Under the pieces are notes generated by a model. It was not told where the DNA came from. It worked only from the letters and a program-made list of their open reading frames with translations, and made no database searches. Of a stretch of DNA of 64,000 nucleotides, positions 27,328-39,849 are shown piece by piece. The stretch is from Octopus vulgaris (lineage: Eukaryota), in the NCBI GenBank assembly GCA_951406725.2, contig OX597817.1:130820001-130884000 (forward strand), read 5' to 3'. How positions within the stretch are numbered: position 1 is the first letter of the stretch; the number at the start of each line of letters is the position of its first letter. A program made the translations under genes and the position numbers.

Positions 27328-27765
27328 ATAAGAGGGTGACCACTAAGTGGACTTCCACTGAGCTAGAAGTCGACACTCTATCGTCTTACCACTAAGGAAG
27401 GAATATTCTCAAGAAAATTTAGCAAACGTCAGTACTTAAGCGAGTAAGAAAAATGAAAAGATACAAAATATACAAATTAATCACAAACCAGTTTCGTTGT
27501 TACCACTTACGTAGATGTACGCAAATCGTCAATGTGAACGTCATAGCAAAATATAATTTGCGGACATCTACGTAAGTGATTACGTAAGAGGTAACAACGA
27601 ACTGGTTGGTGATTAATCTGTATATTTTGTATCTTTTCATTTGTCTTGCTCGCTTACGTTCTGGCGTTTGCTAAATGTTTTCGAGAACATTCCTTTCTTA
27701 GTGGTAAGACCATAGGGGTCGACTTCTAGCATAGTGTATGTACACTTAGTGGTCATCCCTCTTAT
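27328..27765. repeat. Diverged fold-back palindrome containing a hammerhead near its axis
   Basis: AAGAGGGTGACCACTAAGTG...CACTTAGTGGTCATCCCTCTT outer arms; flanked by TA-rich repeats. Confidence 0.85.
27481..27537 (-). ncRNA. Type I hammerhead ribozyme-like motif
   Basis: Reverse strand TCACA-TTGACGA-TTTG...CAAC-GAAA-CTGG-TT-TGTGA: perfect 5-bp stem I, one core substitution (C3>U). Confidence 0.65.
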
Positions 27766-27920
27766 ATATATGTTTGTGTATATATATAAAGATATATATA
27801 TATATATATATATGCGTATAGATTTGTGTGTATATATATATATATGCATATAGATTTGTGTATATATATATATATATGCATATAGATTTGTATATATATA
27901 TATATATATGCATATAGATT

Positions 27921-27977
<57 letters not shown>

Positions 27978-28139
27978 AATTGAGGATAAAATCTTTAAAA
28001 GAAATTATCAGTAGTCAGTGTGAAAAACCTCGTAAGAGAAAAAATCCGTAAATTCTTCCTCTTTGAAAATACTCATTTATATTATATTGAGGGTACTACT
28101 ATTCGTAGATACCAACACGCTAAGAGGGACCAATGCGGT

Positions 28140-28190
<51 letters not shown>

Positions 28191-28191
<1 letters not shown>

Positions 28192-29895
28192 TAGCATTAT
28201 GACCCGTCGTTGCCGGGTCATAGTGCTAGTGCATGTATATATGTGTATATATATATATGTGTACTTATTACATGTACATCTATATATATACATCTACACA
28301 TAAAATAAAAAATACAAAGTTAAATCCTGATATCGATAGTGATAACAATACTCAAAATATATAACAGACTGGAACTGTTGGTTCGTTTCTTGCAATTTCG
28401 ATCAATTGTATCTTGTCCTCCCTCTTGTATAGAAGTGTGGCTACAATCCAGCTTACCTCTACTTCTGGGGTGGGGAGACATTTTTAATTTTTATCCGGGA
28501 CGTCCTACGTCCCAGATATAGAGGTAAAAGTAAAATATTTCCACTTTGCAAGGTTCGAGTCGAGTACTCCTTTGCACACTCCGTTGACTCGAAACTTGCT
28601 TCTATTGTGGAGAATTTACCGCCTCTGGTTAGATATCTTTCATAGAAGCACCAAGACACTTTTCGATGGTGCTTTCCTCCAGGTGTTCAAATCTTTCTTT
28701 CTTCTCTATATTGTATACTTTATAGACAATAGTCTTTTCTTTAATTTAATTTTTTTTTTCGTTTGGTGGTGTTATCCTAGATTCACTGTCTTTTTCGGTG
28801 ATCAATCCGTATTTCTTCCATCTTAATTTCAATGAGTTCGCGCCCGCCGACGGCTGCAGCGAAATTAATTTTTGGATTTTCTTCTATCGAAGGATTCTAA
28901 CAAAAATGCTTCCGTGTAAACGGTGAAAATATTATCAATTTCCCCAAACAGGGACACAATTCAATTTTTAAACAATAACCAAAGCTCCTTCTTCCAAATG
29001 GGGAGGGTTACAGTTTACAATTATTTAACAAATGCAACACAACAATGTTTCCTTTAGGAGGAACCAACAAACGTGATAATAATAGTTAACCTAATAATAA
29101 TAACAACAAACCTTACGATGAGTCAGAAAGCAGTAAGCAGTTGAAGCTTTAGTCCTTTATGTACAAGAAATAAACAGATATTGTCGAGAAAACAGATATT
29201 ACATACAGCCAAACTTCATATAGATACTTAATGCTAGCTAATTAGCAGATAATCTAATGTAAAAGCACAGCTCCATCTGGACTATTCCATTTCTGCACGC
29301 TAATTTTATTTTTAATTTATTCCCATTCATGTGAAACCACTAATTCAAGTTCAAGTCATTGATGCAATTTTATACCAATTGCTATTTTTACTTTTGTTAT
29401 GTTACGATTATATTATACTTTAGTTTGATTTTAATTATTACTTATTACATTTAATTCAATTGGTATTATTATTTTTCTTGTTAAAATGAAAGCATCTGAC
29501 ATAAAATAGAGAAATGTTTTTGTTTCACTTTTAACACGTAATACTGAAATAGTGAAGATATGATGTTGCTATGGGCTCGCTCTAGGCAAGAAGTTGAACA
29601 CGTTTTTTGCCCATGAAACTACATGGACCCCAAGTAAGGCATGTGTAAAATTTGAATGAAATTGGTTGTGTAGTTCTCAAGTTTTAGGGAATCGTAGTGG
29701 AGAAGATATGATATTGCTGTGGGCTCGCCCTAGGCAAAAAGTTAAAAATTTGTTTTTCCGATGACACTCCCCGGACCCTAAGTAAGGCATGTGTAAAATT
29801 TGAATGAAATTGGTTGTGTAGTTCTCAGGTTTTAGGGAAACACACAGACGACAGATATACAGACGCACATTCTCAGTTTTATATATATAGAGAGA
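28191..29895 (-). mobile_element. Non-autonomous Helitron
   Basis: Reverse strand starts TCTATATATATAAAA plus CTGT-type repeats, has a ~112-bp subterminal tandem repeat (29555-29830), and ends with hairpin CCCGGCAACGACGGG and CTAG. Confidence 0.7.
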
Positions 29896-29989
29896 TAAAC
29901 AGCGTGCGAGCTGAACATGACAGCATTTTGTGTTTCTAGTTTTCGGGGACCACCTGATATATTGGTGAACAGTCAATGGCTTTGGAGGG

Positions 29990-30740
29990 CATAATTATTA
30001 AAGCTGTAGTCTAGAAATCGTTAGCTGACATAAAGTACTGGAAACCATCGAATATTGGAAAAGAGTTTGTTTATTATGATGAGTAGCGCCGAGTATCAAA
30101 ATACTGACATCATGATACTTGCTCGGTGCTCTGTGAACATTGAAGGGCAGTGAAGCCTGGCATGGACAGCCGCAACGGAGAGTATGAACCATGACCAGCA
30201 GGAAGGGATACATCAGGTGTTCTGAGTGAGACCACGAACCGGAATTTATATCCACATCTTTGAGCAAAACTTCAGACTGAGTCCAAAGGGCCATGTGAAG
30301 CAGTTAGAGACTGTGGTCAAATCCTGGTGAAAGAGGGTAGTTGCTGCAAGGTCATATGTGTGTGGAAACATGATTCAGTTCAATGCCATATCTCCAGAAA
30401 GAGTCTGAAGTGCTTGTCGGAGAATTTCTATGACTTCATCAGCTGCAGTTTCTGACCTCCTAACCTCCCCGATTGTAATCCCTTTACTTTTGAGTGGGGC
30501 ACGGTTGAGAATCACACCAACCATGCTGCTTGCAATACCAAGGCAAAGCTGGTGTCCAAGATCAAGGAGATATTGCAAACTCCTCCCAGGGACACAGTGA
30601 GCAATGCATGCGTCAGCATCCGGAGCCTCGTTGAGGTCGTGGTGGAAGATGAGGAGGAGGAAGGTACTTTGAGAAAACCTTATTATAAAAATGATATATT
30701 TTGGTCTTAACAATTGTTTTAGTTTTGGATATTTTGCGAA
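29990..30740 (+). mobile_element. Tc1/mariner-superfamily (DD37D/maT-like) deleted element
   Basis: F*PPNLPDCNP...WG motif (WPPxSPDxNPxD-like); homologous to 49280-49870. Confidence 0.6.
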
Positions 30741-30887
30741 TACTTTCAAACTTAGTCCGATCACACTCACACACGTGCGCGAGTACACACACATACACAC
30801 ATATACACACGCACACACAGACACACATGCAAAACACACACGCACGCATGCAAGCACACGCGCACATAGACATACATTATACATACG

Positions 30888-30919
<32 letters not shown>

Positions 30920-30961
30920 CATACACGTATATATATGTGTATATATAGAGTGAGGCAGAGT

Positions 30962-30997
<36 letters not shown>

Positions 30998-31429
30998 TGA
31001 TATATTTCTGAACCTCTCAAAGAGAGAAATACAGTAAATGCACAATAGAGTGATGACTGTTTGCCAACATAATGTGGCTTTCCCAGCATGGGAGGAATGG
31101 TACTGTTACTTAGCCCCATGAAACATCGATTCTAGCTGGCTATACGAGACAAATATTCTGTATCCTTATATTTTTGAACAGGGCAGATCTGACCCCCTCC
31201 CCCCAGGTAGCAAGCCAGAAAACGATCAAAGCGTTTATGCCACCGATTCTAATGCTGCTGAATTGGCACAAGAACCAGAGGACATCACCCACACTGCGTT
31301 TTTCAAACTTTGACAAGTAGATCCATTTGCTATTGCCTGGGGAGAGTTTTCACAGTACATCTCAGCCAACATGAGTATTTCTATCTCCCTCTGAAACTGC
31401 ATGGGGCTAGATGACCAACGTGTTTCCAA

Positions 31430-32986
31430 GACCTAAAAATTGTTGATGGACAACTTTGTGCTACATATAAGGAAGTCTGCTTTAAACACGGACTGCTAGA
31501 AAATGAAACACAGTGGGATGCAACTCTGGCAGAAGCTGGTACCACAGTCACCTAGAAGTCTCAGGGCAATGTCTACAGTATTATTGCAAGCATGGGATCT
31601 GTGTGATCCTCCCTCTTTGTGGATCAAGTGCAGGGATGACCTGTCTGAAGTTCTGAAGCATCAAGTATAATTGCAGTTTCCTGTCATGGAAGTAGGTTCC
31701 AGTCACGAAGTCTAAAACAGAGCAATAATTGCAAGAAACATCCTATGGCATTGATGTACTTGCCAGATATATCAATGAAACTGAGCCCAAACTAATTTCG
31801 GACCAGCAATGCGCTTCCAACACCATTGGAGCCTTCAGTATACTGGGGCCTCTAGAACTATCTCCTCTTAGATTGGAACTTAAAGTGGGAACTCCAGTAA
31901 TGCTATTGAGGAATTTCGATCCACCAACACTCTGCAGTGGGATACACCTTGTGGTAAAGAATATGATGCCACATGTTATTGAGGCCACCATTCTGTCTGA
32001 ATGTGAAAATGGAAAGGATGTTTTCGTACCCAGGTTTCCTCCTATTTTATCGGGAACAGAAATTCAATTTCCGTTCAGAAGGATGCAATTTCTCATTCGG
32101 GTCCGCTTCGCAATGTCTATAAATAAACCCCAGAGTCAGACAAAGACTGTGGTAGGACTTAATTGGGAAGAGTCGTGCTTCTCATAGGCAGTTATATGTT
32201 GGCCACTCTACAGTGGAAAGCAAAGCAAAAATCTGTTTGCATACTTTCCACAAGGAAAATATTGATTACCAAGAGGTTTTGTAGGAATTACTACCTTCCT
32301 ACGATGCGCTCCAGTATCCACTGTTCTTAGTGAATGACGAAGAGGGATACCACTTCGGAATTCAACAGGTTAATATCAACAATCCCGAAGACCTGACCAA
32401 CAAAGCAGTTTCCTGTATGGATCTCCGTATCAAATTATATTCTCCAATTACTCCCACTAACCACGTGGAAAGCCATTTTGCCTTATTTTCTCATGTAATT
32501 CATTACTACATATTCTCATGTGATTGCATAGTCTCGGCTTATGTTTCTTATTCTACATCCACACAAACAAGCCAATGTCAGCCCTTTGTCTTCTGCAACA
32601 CTTCAACAGTTCGTTTCATCGTTGCCGTCTCCTATTGCAGCTCCTTTCCGAAATGCAACCATTGACATACGATGTCTCCATTACACTTACATTCATCCAA
32701 CTGTCAACCGTCCGTTGGGCCGTGGAAGCTGCAGCACCGACAGCCGCAAAGGAGAGTATATCCCCTGGCATACCCACTCACCACCCATTTTACATGAGCG
32801 GTTAGGGCCTGAAGTCCTTCATACGGACTCATGACATGTCGCTTAGTTGAATTAGCCCATCATTTACTTCACAAATGTTTTGTCATCAATGCTATACTTC
32901 ACCGCATCAAATGGTTGAACATAACTGCAATATATATACTAACTATGCTAGTTTAATCCCGATCAATGCCGGATATCTGTGCTAAT
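31430..32986 (+). mobile_element. Helitron remnant with PIF1 helicase fragments and 3' terminus
   Basis: GLLENETQWDATLAEA; LKVGTPVMLLRN, IEATIL, RRMQF..FAMSINKxQxQT, QLYV; 3' hairpin CCCGATCAATGCCGG followed by CTAA. Confidence 0.85.
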
Positions 32987-33016
32987 CTATAGATAAATCA
33001 CACATTTCTCTTACAG

Positions 33017-33094
33017 CTGTTCGGTCTGGTGCCATATACACACAGTGGGGAAAACGAAATTGCACTTCTAGAAGATCTACCCAAGTCTATTCAG
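33017..33094 (+). CDS. Coding exon 3, start of short-chain collagen C4-like domain
   Basis: tttctcttacag|...TCAG|gtaagc, phase 1/1; encodes (A)VRSGAIYTQWGKRNCTSRRSTQVYS(G), matching the YxxWGxxxC...vYsG start of this domain. Confidence 0.88.
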
Positions 33095-33500
33095 GTAAGC
33101 ATATATAATGCTTCACCTCAACATTGGTTATTTATGTCTCGAGAATTTTCACACTACAACACACTTCTAGATTACTAAACGTTACAAATAGTTTACCAGG
33201 AATAAAACTCGAGACATGGATTTTACTCAAAATACTATTTTTTTAAACAACTTTTGATTCGTCTTCTGAAAAGAAATAAGTGAAAAATGTAATTAATCAA
33301 CTCTTATTTAATTCACTAGAACCTTTGTTTGTTGACGATAATTGATGAATGTTAATTAGATTTGATCGCTAAAGTGGAACAATTGTTCTCCATTGCACTC
33401 ATTTATTTGATTCATTAGATATTTCAATTTGATTTATAGATGTTATTTCATTCATTAGATAATTCAAAAATTAACACTGAAATCGCATATTTGTTGACAG

Positions 33501-34006
33501 GTATTGCTGGCGGAACATTTTACTCACACCGAGGAGGCGCAAGCAACTATTTGTGCTTAACAATGAACCCTCAATGGGGCAATTACACAAACATTAATGA
33601 GGCATACACCGGCCTTATATACGGTGTCGAATATGAAGTATCATCCTATACGAAAAGTAAGACATTTGGAATGTTTGCACCTAAACCATACGCTTTGCAT
33701 GATCAGGATGTCCCTTGTGCAGTCTGTGAAACTAACAAACCTGCTTCAGTATTGATGATTCCAGGTCGAAAAGAATGTGTGGGTAAATGGAAAATGGAGT
33801 ATTCAGGTTATTTGATGACAGGATATTATAAGCATGTAGGTAGAACTGAATATATATGTGTCGACAAAGAAGCTGAAGCTGACACCAAAGGATACGAAAA
33901 CAAGAATGGTGCTCTGTTATACCACGTACAAGCTGTGGTTGGTTCATTGCCAAGTCCTCCATACGAGAACTATAGAGAGTTAACATGTGTTGTGTGTAGT
34001 AAATAG
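33501..34006 (+). CDS. Terminal coding exon 4, short-chain collagen C4-like (spongin NC1-related) domain
   Basis: ttgacag|GTATTGCTGGC; GIAGGxxYxHxGGASNYLCL, YGVEYE, DVPCAVC, MIPGRxxC, WxxEYxGYLM, EYICVD, NGALLY, PPY, ELTCVVCSK-stop. Open, with no disablements. Confidence 0.92.
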
Positions 34007-34156
34007 TCAGGTTTATTTCTTCCTGAAATTTATACTAACATTGACTTACAATATTGACTTACATTTAATGCAACGATAACAATTTAATATATAGATTCGG
34101 GGGATTACATAAATATATGTATATATATATATATACATGTACAAATATTATATATA

Positions 34157-34208
<52 letters not shown>

Positions 34209-34212
34209 CATA

Positions 34213-34245
<33 letters not shown>

Positions 34246-34246
34246 G

Positions 34247-34293
<47 letters not shown>

Positions 34294-34313
34294 TATGTAT
34301 GTATACACACACA

Positions 34314-34378
<65 letters not shown>

Positions 34379-34606
34379 TGATATATATGTATATATGCAA
34401 ACGTTCTGTATGCTTTCGGTGCAAATGGTTTTTTTTTATCCTGTAAGTAATAATAATGGTATTTTTTTATATAACCTTAAAGCTTATGCGATCACCATAA
34501 CAAGCCTAAAAATAGGCTGTTTGAAATTATAAAATGAGGGAATAAATCTTGAGTATGAAAAAGTCTCCATAATCGCTATCATTATTGATTTGATATATAT
34601 ATACAT

Positions 34607-34679
<73 letters not shown>

Positions 34680-34786
34680 GTGTGTATGTATGTATGTGTG
34701 TGTAGAAGGTTGAAAAGGAACACACAAGTTGATTTATATGAAAAAAAGTCAAGGAAGAAAATGATAAAATGATTTTGTAAAAAGCA

Positions 34787-34826
34787 TTTCAGTACCGGTT
34801 TCAGTCATTGAGACCTTTTCAACTGT
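34787..34826 (-). ncRNA. Degenerate hammerhead motif downstream of Neptune-type endonuclease
   Basis: Reverse strand CAG-TTGAAAA-GGTC-TCAAT-GACT-GAAA-CCGG-TA-CTG; two core substitutions. Confidence 0.5.
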
Positions 34827-34987
34827 ACGTATGGAAAACAATTAAATTTAGGAAAAATGAAAAGAAAAGTTTTTAAAAGAATATTTGCATAGTGTTCAAA
34901 TAAAAGTGGCATTTTCCTTGTTTCTGCCTGTCTCTGTGTCTCTTGTTTATTCTTGTGGGTTCGAGGTCGTTGTGATTTCTTGGTAGA

Positions 34988-35170
34988 GAAGAAGAATGAG
35001 AAGAAGAAGAAGAAGAAGAAGAAGAAGAAGAAGAAGAAGAAGAAGAAGAAGAAGAATGAGAAGAAGAAGAAGAAGAAGGAGAAGAAGAAGAAGAACAAGA
35101 AGAAGAAGAAGAAGAAGAAGAAGAAGAAGAAGAAAAGAAAAAGAAAAAGGAGGAGGAAGAGAATAAGAAT
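34988..35170. repeat. (GAA)n microsatellite
   Basis: Direct reading. Confidence 0.95.
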
Positions 35171-35479
35171 AAGGAAGTGCCATGAATGTATTGTTTATAA
35201 AATTTGCGTAGGTGTTATTCTAATCAGCAACAATAGTGGTAAAGTTAGGAAGAAGGTGGCGAAGAGGAAGAAGACGACGAAAAAGAAGGAGAAAGAGAAG
35301 GGAGAATATAGGTGGTATGATAGTAATAGGTTGTTAAATGGTCAAGTGACCTAAAAGTGATTCGTTAAAGATTATAGCAGTGATTCGGATTGTTTTTTAA
35401 ATGAATTCTTGGGAATCACTTGAGTGTATCATTTTTAATATTTGTGTGTGTATTTGTGTTATTGTAAGGCCGTTGTGGA

Positions 35480-36185
35480 TATGTCGTTTGTCATAGACGT
35501 GTTCAGAAGGGGCCTGTATTTTGTAATAAAGAGAGTCTCTTTACTAGTTCGTTGGCTACAGGTTGTATCGTCCCTGAATTGGCAGAGGAGAAACATTCTG
35601 AAGATTGTATTTTTGTTGTTGGCGGAAATGTCGATGTGTTGGCTGAATGCTATTTTTCTGTTCTGGGGAATTATGATCTAGGATCTGTGTAGAACCATCC
35701 TTTTACGTAGACTGTTTTTTTGTTTGGTCTATGTCTTGCTCTTGACATCCAGAGCAGGTTAGTGTGTATATCAGATTCTTCGAAGCACATGTGAATTTGC
35801 TTTTCACTGTAAAACGTTGTCCCTATTTGAAGGAGAACTTTGATCTCTCAATTAAATTGACGCATATCCCACAGTTAGGTCTTCCGCATTTTTTTACTGG
35901 CAGTTTCTGTGTTGTTGTTGAGCGTATTCGGGCTTGTGTTAGGAGACTTTTCATAGATTTAGGTTGTCTCTTGCTTTTTATGATGGTGTGCGTATGGCGG
36001 ATTAAATTAATTCTGTGGTCCATTTTTGTAGGGGAATGTTTTGAAGAATGGTGTCGAAGGCTACATTGTTAAGATGGTTGTGTGTAGAGATGTATGTTAG
36101 GGCTTTTGGTTGTAAATCCTTCTTTAGTTTGGGATGTCTGGGTTCGTGGATGTTGAGTTGAAGGACACGTTGGAAGCATATGTCA
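35480..36185 (-). mobile_element. Penelope-like (Neptune-type) GIY-YIG endonuclease fragment
   Basis: KKCGRPNCGIC, FTCASKNLIYTLTCSGC, SLRKRMVLH, FITKYRPLLN; paralogous to 60290-60680. Confidence 0.8.
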
Positions 36186-36189
36186 ATTA

Positions 36190-39100
36190 GTGAATATTAG
36201 AGACATCATGACAATATAGCAAGGATTGTCCATTGGACACTTTGCAACAAGTATGGACTTGACGGAGAAAAAACGTGGTACAGACCATAAACCCGAAGGT
36301 ATTATCAAATATGATAATGCAAAGATCCTATAGGATCTTATGATTCAGTGAAACCATGAGATAAAGAATAGGAAACCAGACATAGTCTTAATAGAGAAAC
36401 AAAGCAAACGATGCTGGATCATAGATACAACATGCCCAGCTGAGAGCAAGGTATGCGATAAGGAAGATAGAAAAGTCGACAGATATAACAGTTTAGCTTG
36501 GGAGATTAAGCAGTTGTGGTCGCTTAAAAAGGTGATAGTAGTAACAATAATTGTCGGAACCCTGGCAACAGTGAGTAAAATCTTGAGAAGTATATGGAAC
36601 AAATAGCGGCTGCAATAAGGATGGAGCACTTGCAGAAAACAGCACCGCTTGGGACAGCTCAAATACTCTGGATGGTGCTCGAAAGGTAAGGGATGTACCT
36701 TAGTTCACTGGTAGTGAACAGCTGACACCGTAGTACATCTCCAGCGTTAGAAGCTGTACCAAGACAATAAATAACAACAACAACAATATTAGAGAAGACA
36801 CACAAAAGGACCAATCATGGCAATAAACCTCCTAAGTTGAAAGTAGCAATACAAAAAGAGATCTCATCTCTGCGGGTGAATGTATCAGTTCTCGATGAAC
36901 GTGCTAGATGAGTAAATGTTAAGACGAAACGAGCAAGAAAAAATCAAGCAAAAATATGAAAATATAAAACCAAAGATTTTATAAACCTCCATTCAACCAA
37001 AGAACAATTGAAATAACGAATAAAACTGAAAGCCCAACGGCTCATAAGGTATGACAAACGATCGAATTTTATCAACAAAACAAGATATTCAAGACGGATG
37101 CAAAGAGGGAAATTGGCAAAAGTAAGATATAAGTGAAGGAACCACCTAAAACTGAGAAAAGGGAAAAGTTCTAGAAGATATGGAGCAACAAAAAACGATA
37201 GAGCAAGAGAAAGTGAGGCATGATGAAACTGAAGAGCAGAAATGGAAGGCAATAGGAATAGAAGGGCTGAGATGTGTACTTAGGAAATCTCAGAAATGGA
37301 AAACTCCAGGACTGGATCGAATTCCTAACTTCTGGTTAAATTGTCTGACACGAGTACACTAAAATTTATTTGCATCTTTAACTGATGCTATCCAGAAACT
37401 AGAGAAAATAGCTGGCTGGCTGACTGAGGGAACAACATACTTCTACCAGAAACTGAAGACACAAACAACCTAAAGAACTACTGACCAATAACATGTCTCA
37501 ACACCACCTAAAAGATCTTCACATCCATAATAACTGACAAAGCATACGGTTTGTTGAACAGAGATATAGTCTTTCACAAGCTCAAAAAGGTTGTAAAATT
37601 AATTCTTATGGGTGCAAAGATCAATTACTCAGAAGTAAAATGATTGTAGAGAATTGCTGGAGCAACAAGAAGAACCTGAGTATGGCATAGATATACGAAC
37701 ACACGCGTCCTTCGGAACCATAGTAACGTGAGGAACCAAACTAACAAACGAGGCAAATTTCAAGGTGGCTCCCTACCCCCAATACTCTGATCCCAGAATT
37801 CAGCAATGGCATCGGAATGGTCTTTGGCTTGAGCTAAAGCAACATTTTTAAGAGGCAATCTCAAGCAAACAGCTTCCATTGAATTAGATATTGACACTAC
37901 TATGAAGGAGCATGACCCAGAAGAAAATTACACATACACGGGGATAAACGAAGGAGGTGGTATACAACATGCTGCTATGAAGGAGAAAATAAGAAAAGAA
38001 TATTACAGGAGAATAAGACACATACTAAAAACTGAACTCAACTCCAAAAATCGCATGGAAGCCATTAACTCCCTGGCATTTCGAGTAGTCCAGTATAGTT
38101 TTAACATCATTAACTGGAATCTTACAGAGCTCCAACGCCTGGACATGAAGGCAAGAAAAATACTAACTTCTAAGAACATGCACCACCCAAAAGCAGATAT
38201 TGACCGTCTGTACCTACCTAGAAATAAAGGGGGAAGAAGAACGATGCAGATACAACTGTCCTATAAGACCTCCACAATAGCAACGAACAGGTACTTATCT
38301 AGTACAGAGGACTGGATGCTGCGGCTTGTGTACAAACACGAAAGCAGCAAAAAGCTACATTCGATTATCAAGGAAGCTTGCAAATTCGCAAGGGAAGTTG
38401 ACATTAATCCTGAAATAGTTGAAGAACCTGAAACCTGGATCAAGTAGACTTCAAAAAAAGAACGGACAGACACAAACTGAGGAGCGATGGAACTAGAATC
38501 CTCTGCATAGACAATATATAGTTCGAAGTAGAAATGCTGATATAGATCACTCAATAACGCATCAGTAGCTGAGAATTTCAGGAGTTCAAGCAGAGACTGA
38601 AGGTTCTATAATGGCGACACAAAACCAAACCTTGCTGACAAAAACTACCAGGCTAACGTTCTATAAAACGGTTCTGATCTTAAATTCAGATTCTGCGATA
38701 CATTTGACAAAACAATCGAACATCTCGTCTCGGGATGTCCTGTGCTGACACCAAACGAATATGATATTCGCCACGATAGGGTAGGACAGTATTTACATTT
38801 GAAACTATATAAACACTACAAAATCAGCACTCCTGCTTACTGGTATGAACATCATCCTGAGTCGCTTGTTCAAGGTAAAACTTTCACTATCACTGGAAAA
38901 AATAGGTGGTATTGGCTGATAAAAGGAACCCTAAAACAGACTGAGAGCACTATACTGACAGCACAAGACCAAGCTTTGACCACGAACTAGAGGGTCAACA
39001 GTTGGAATGAGCAAGTGTCTCTGCTGTGCCGCATCTGCAATAGAGTCGATGAAACCATTACTCATATCACGAACAGTAAGTAAAAATCTTCAGAAGTACA

Positions 39101-39275
39101 TGGGACAAATAGCGGTTGCAATAAGGGTGGGGCACTTGCAGAAAACAGTACTGCTTGGAACCGCTCGAATACTCCGTATCGAGCTCGAAAAAATAGGGAT
39201 GTTACCTAAGCTCACTTGTACTGAACAGCTGACACCTAGTCCATCTCAATCATTAGAAGCTGTGCAGAGACAATA
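36190..39275 (+). mobile_element. Composite Dong/R4-clade LINE fragments (3' end + truncated copy + 3' end)
   Basis: RKPDIVLIEK, WKTPGLDRIPNFWL, HPKADIDRLYLPRNKGGR, RHDRVG, AQDQAL, LQKTVLLGTARILR; followed by (CAA)n/(TAA)n. Confidence 0.82.
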
Positions 39276-39276
39276 A

Positions 39277-39349
<73 letters not shown>

Positions 39350-39849
39350 TAAGAATGAAAATAATAATAATAATAATAATTAACGGACCCCATAACAAAA
39401 CCAAATAAAAGAGAGAGAACGGCGGGTCGATAATCATAAATACAATAAAATAGTTGATTTATGAGTTACACACACACACACCCCACTATGCGACACCTCT
39501 CCAAAACATACGAAAATAAACTCATACTGTAAACACCAAAAAAAATAAACAAAACCCGTATGTGCCATAGAAGTCCGATACCCGACAGAACACATCCTAC
39601 GATGTACAAACAATACACAATATATAAACTAATACAACAGAAGTCTCAAACCAAACCTCACAACAAACGCACTGATACAATATCCCCATCAAAACAAATG
39701 CAGTACCCATCATCCCACCAGCACAAAGATGCAACAAATGATTCAAAAGAAAGTTGCTTGAAACTTTCAGATGTCGATAGATAATAGTGGTGATGACAAT
39801 GGTGACGAACGTTACTTTACCTCACTTTATAAGAGATAAGAGTTTCCGA

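Noticed and set aside
29555-29830. CRISPR-like repeat spacing
   Set aside because: A plain tandem duplication within a Helitron in eukaryotic DNA; no unique spacers or cas genes.
33440-33500. N-terminal 20 aa of the 188-aa ORF
   Set aside because: Intronic read-through; the acceptor at 33500 and exon 3 supply the true domain start.
34953-35354. Poly-Lys ORF
   Set aside because: (GAA)n microsatellite.
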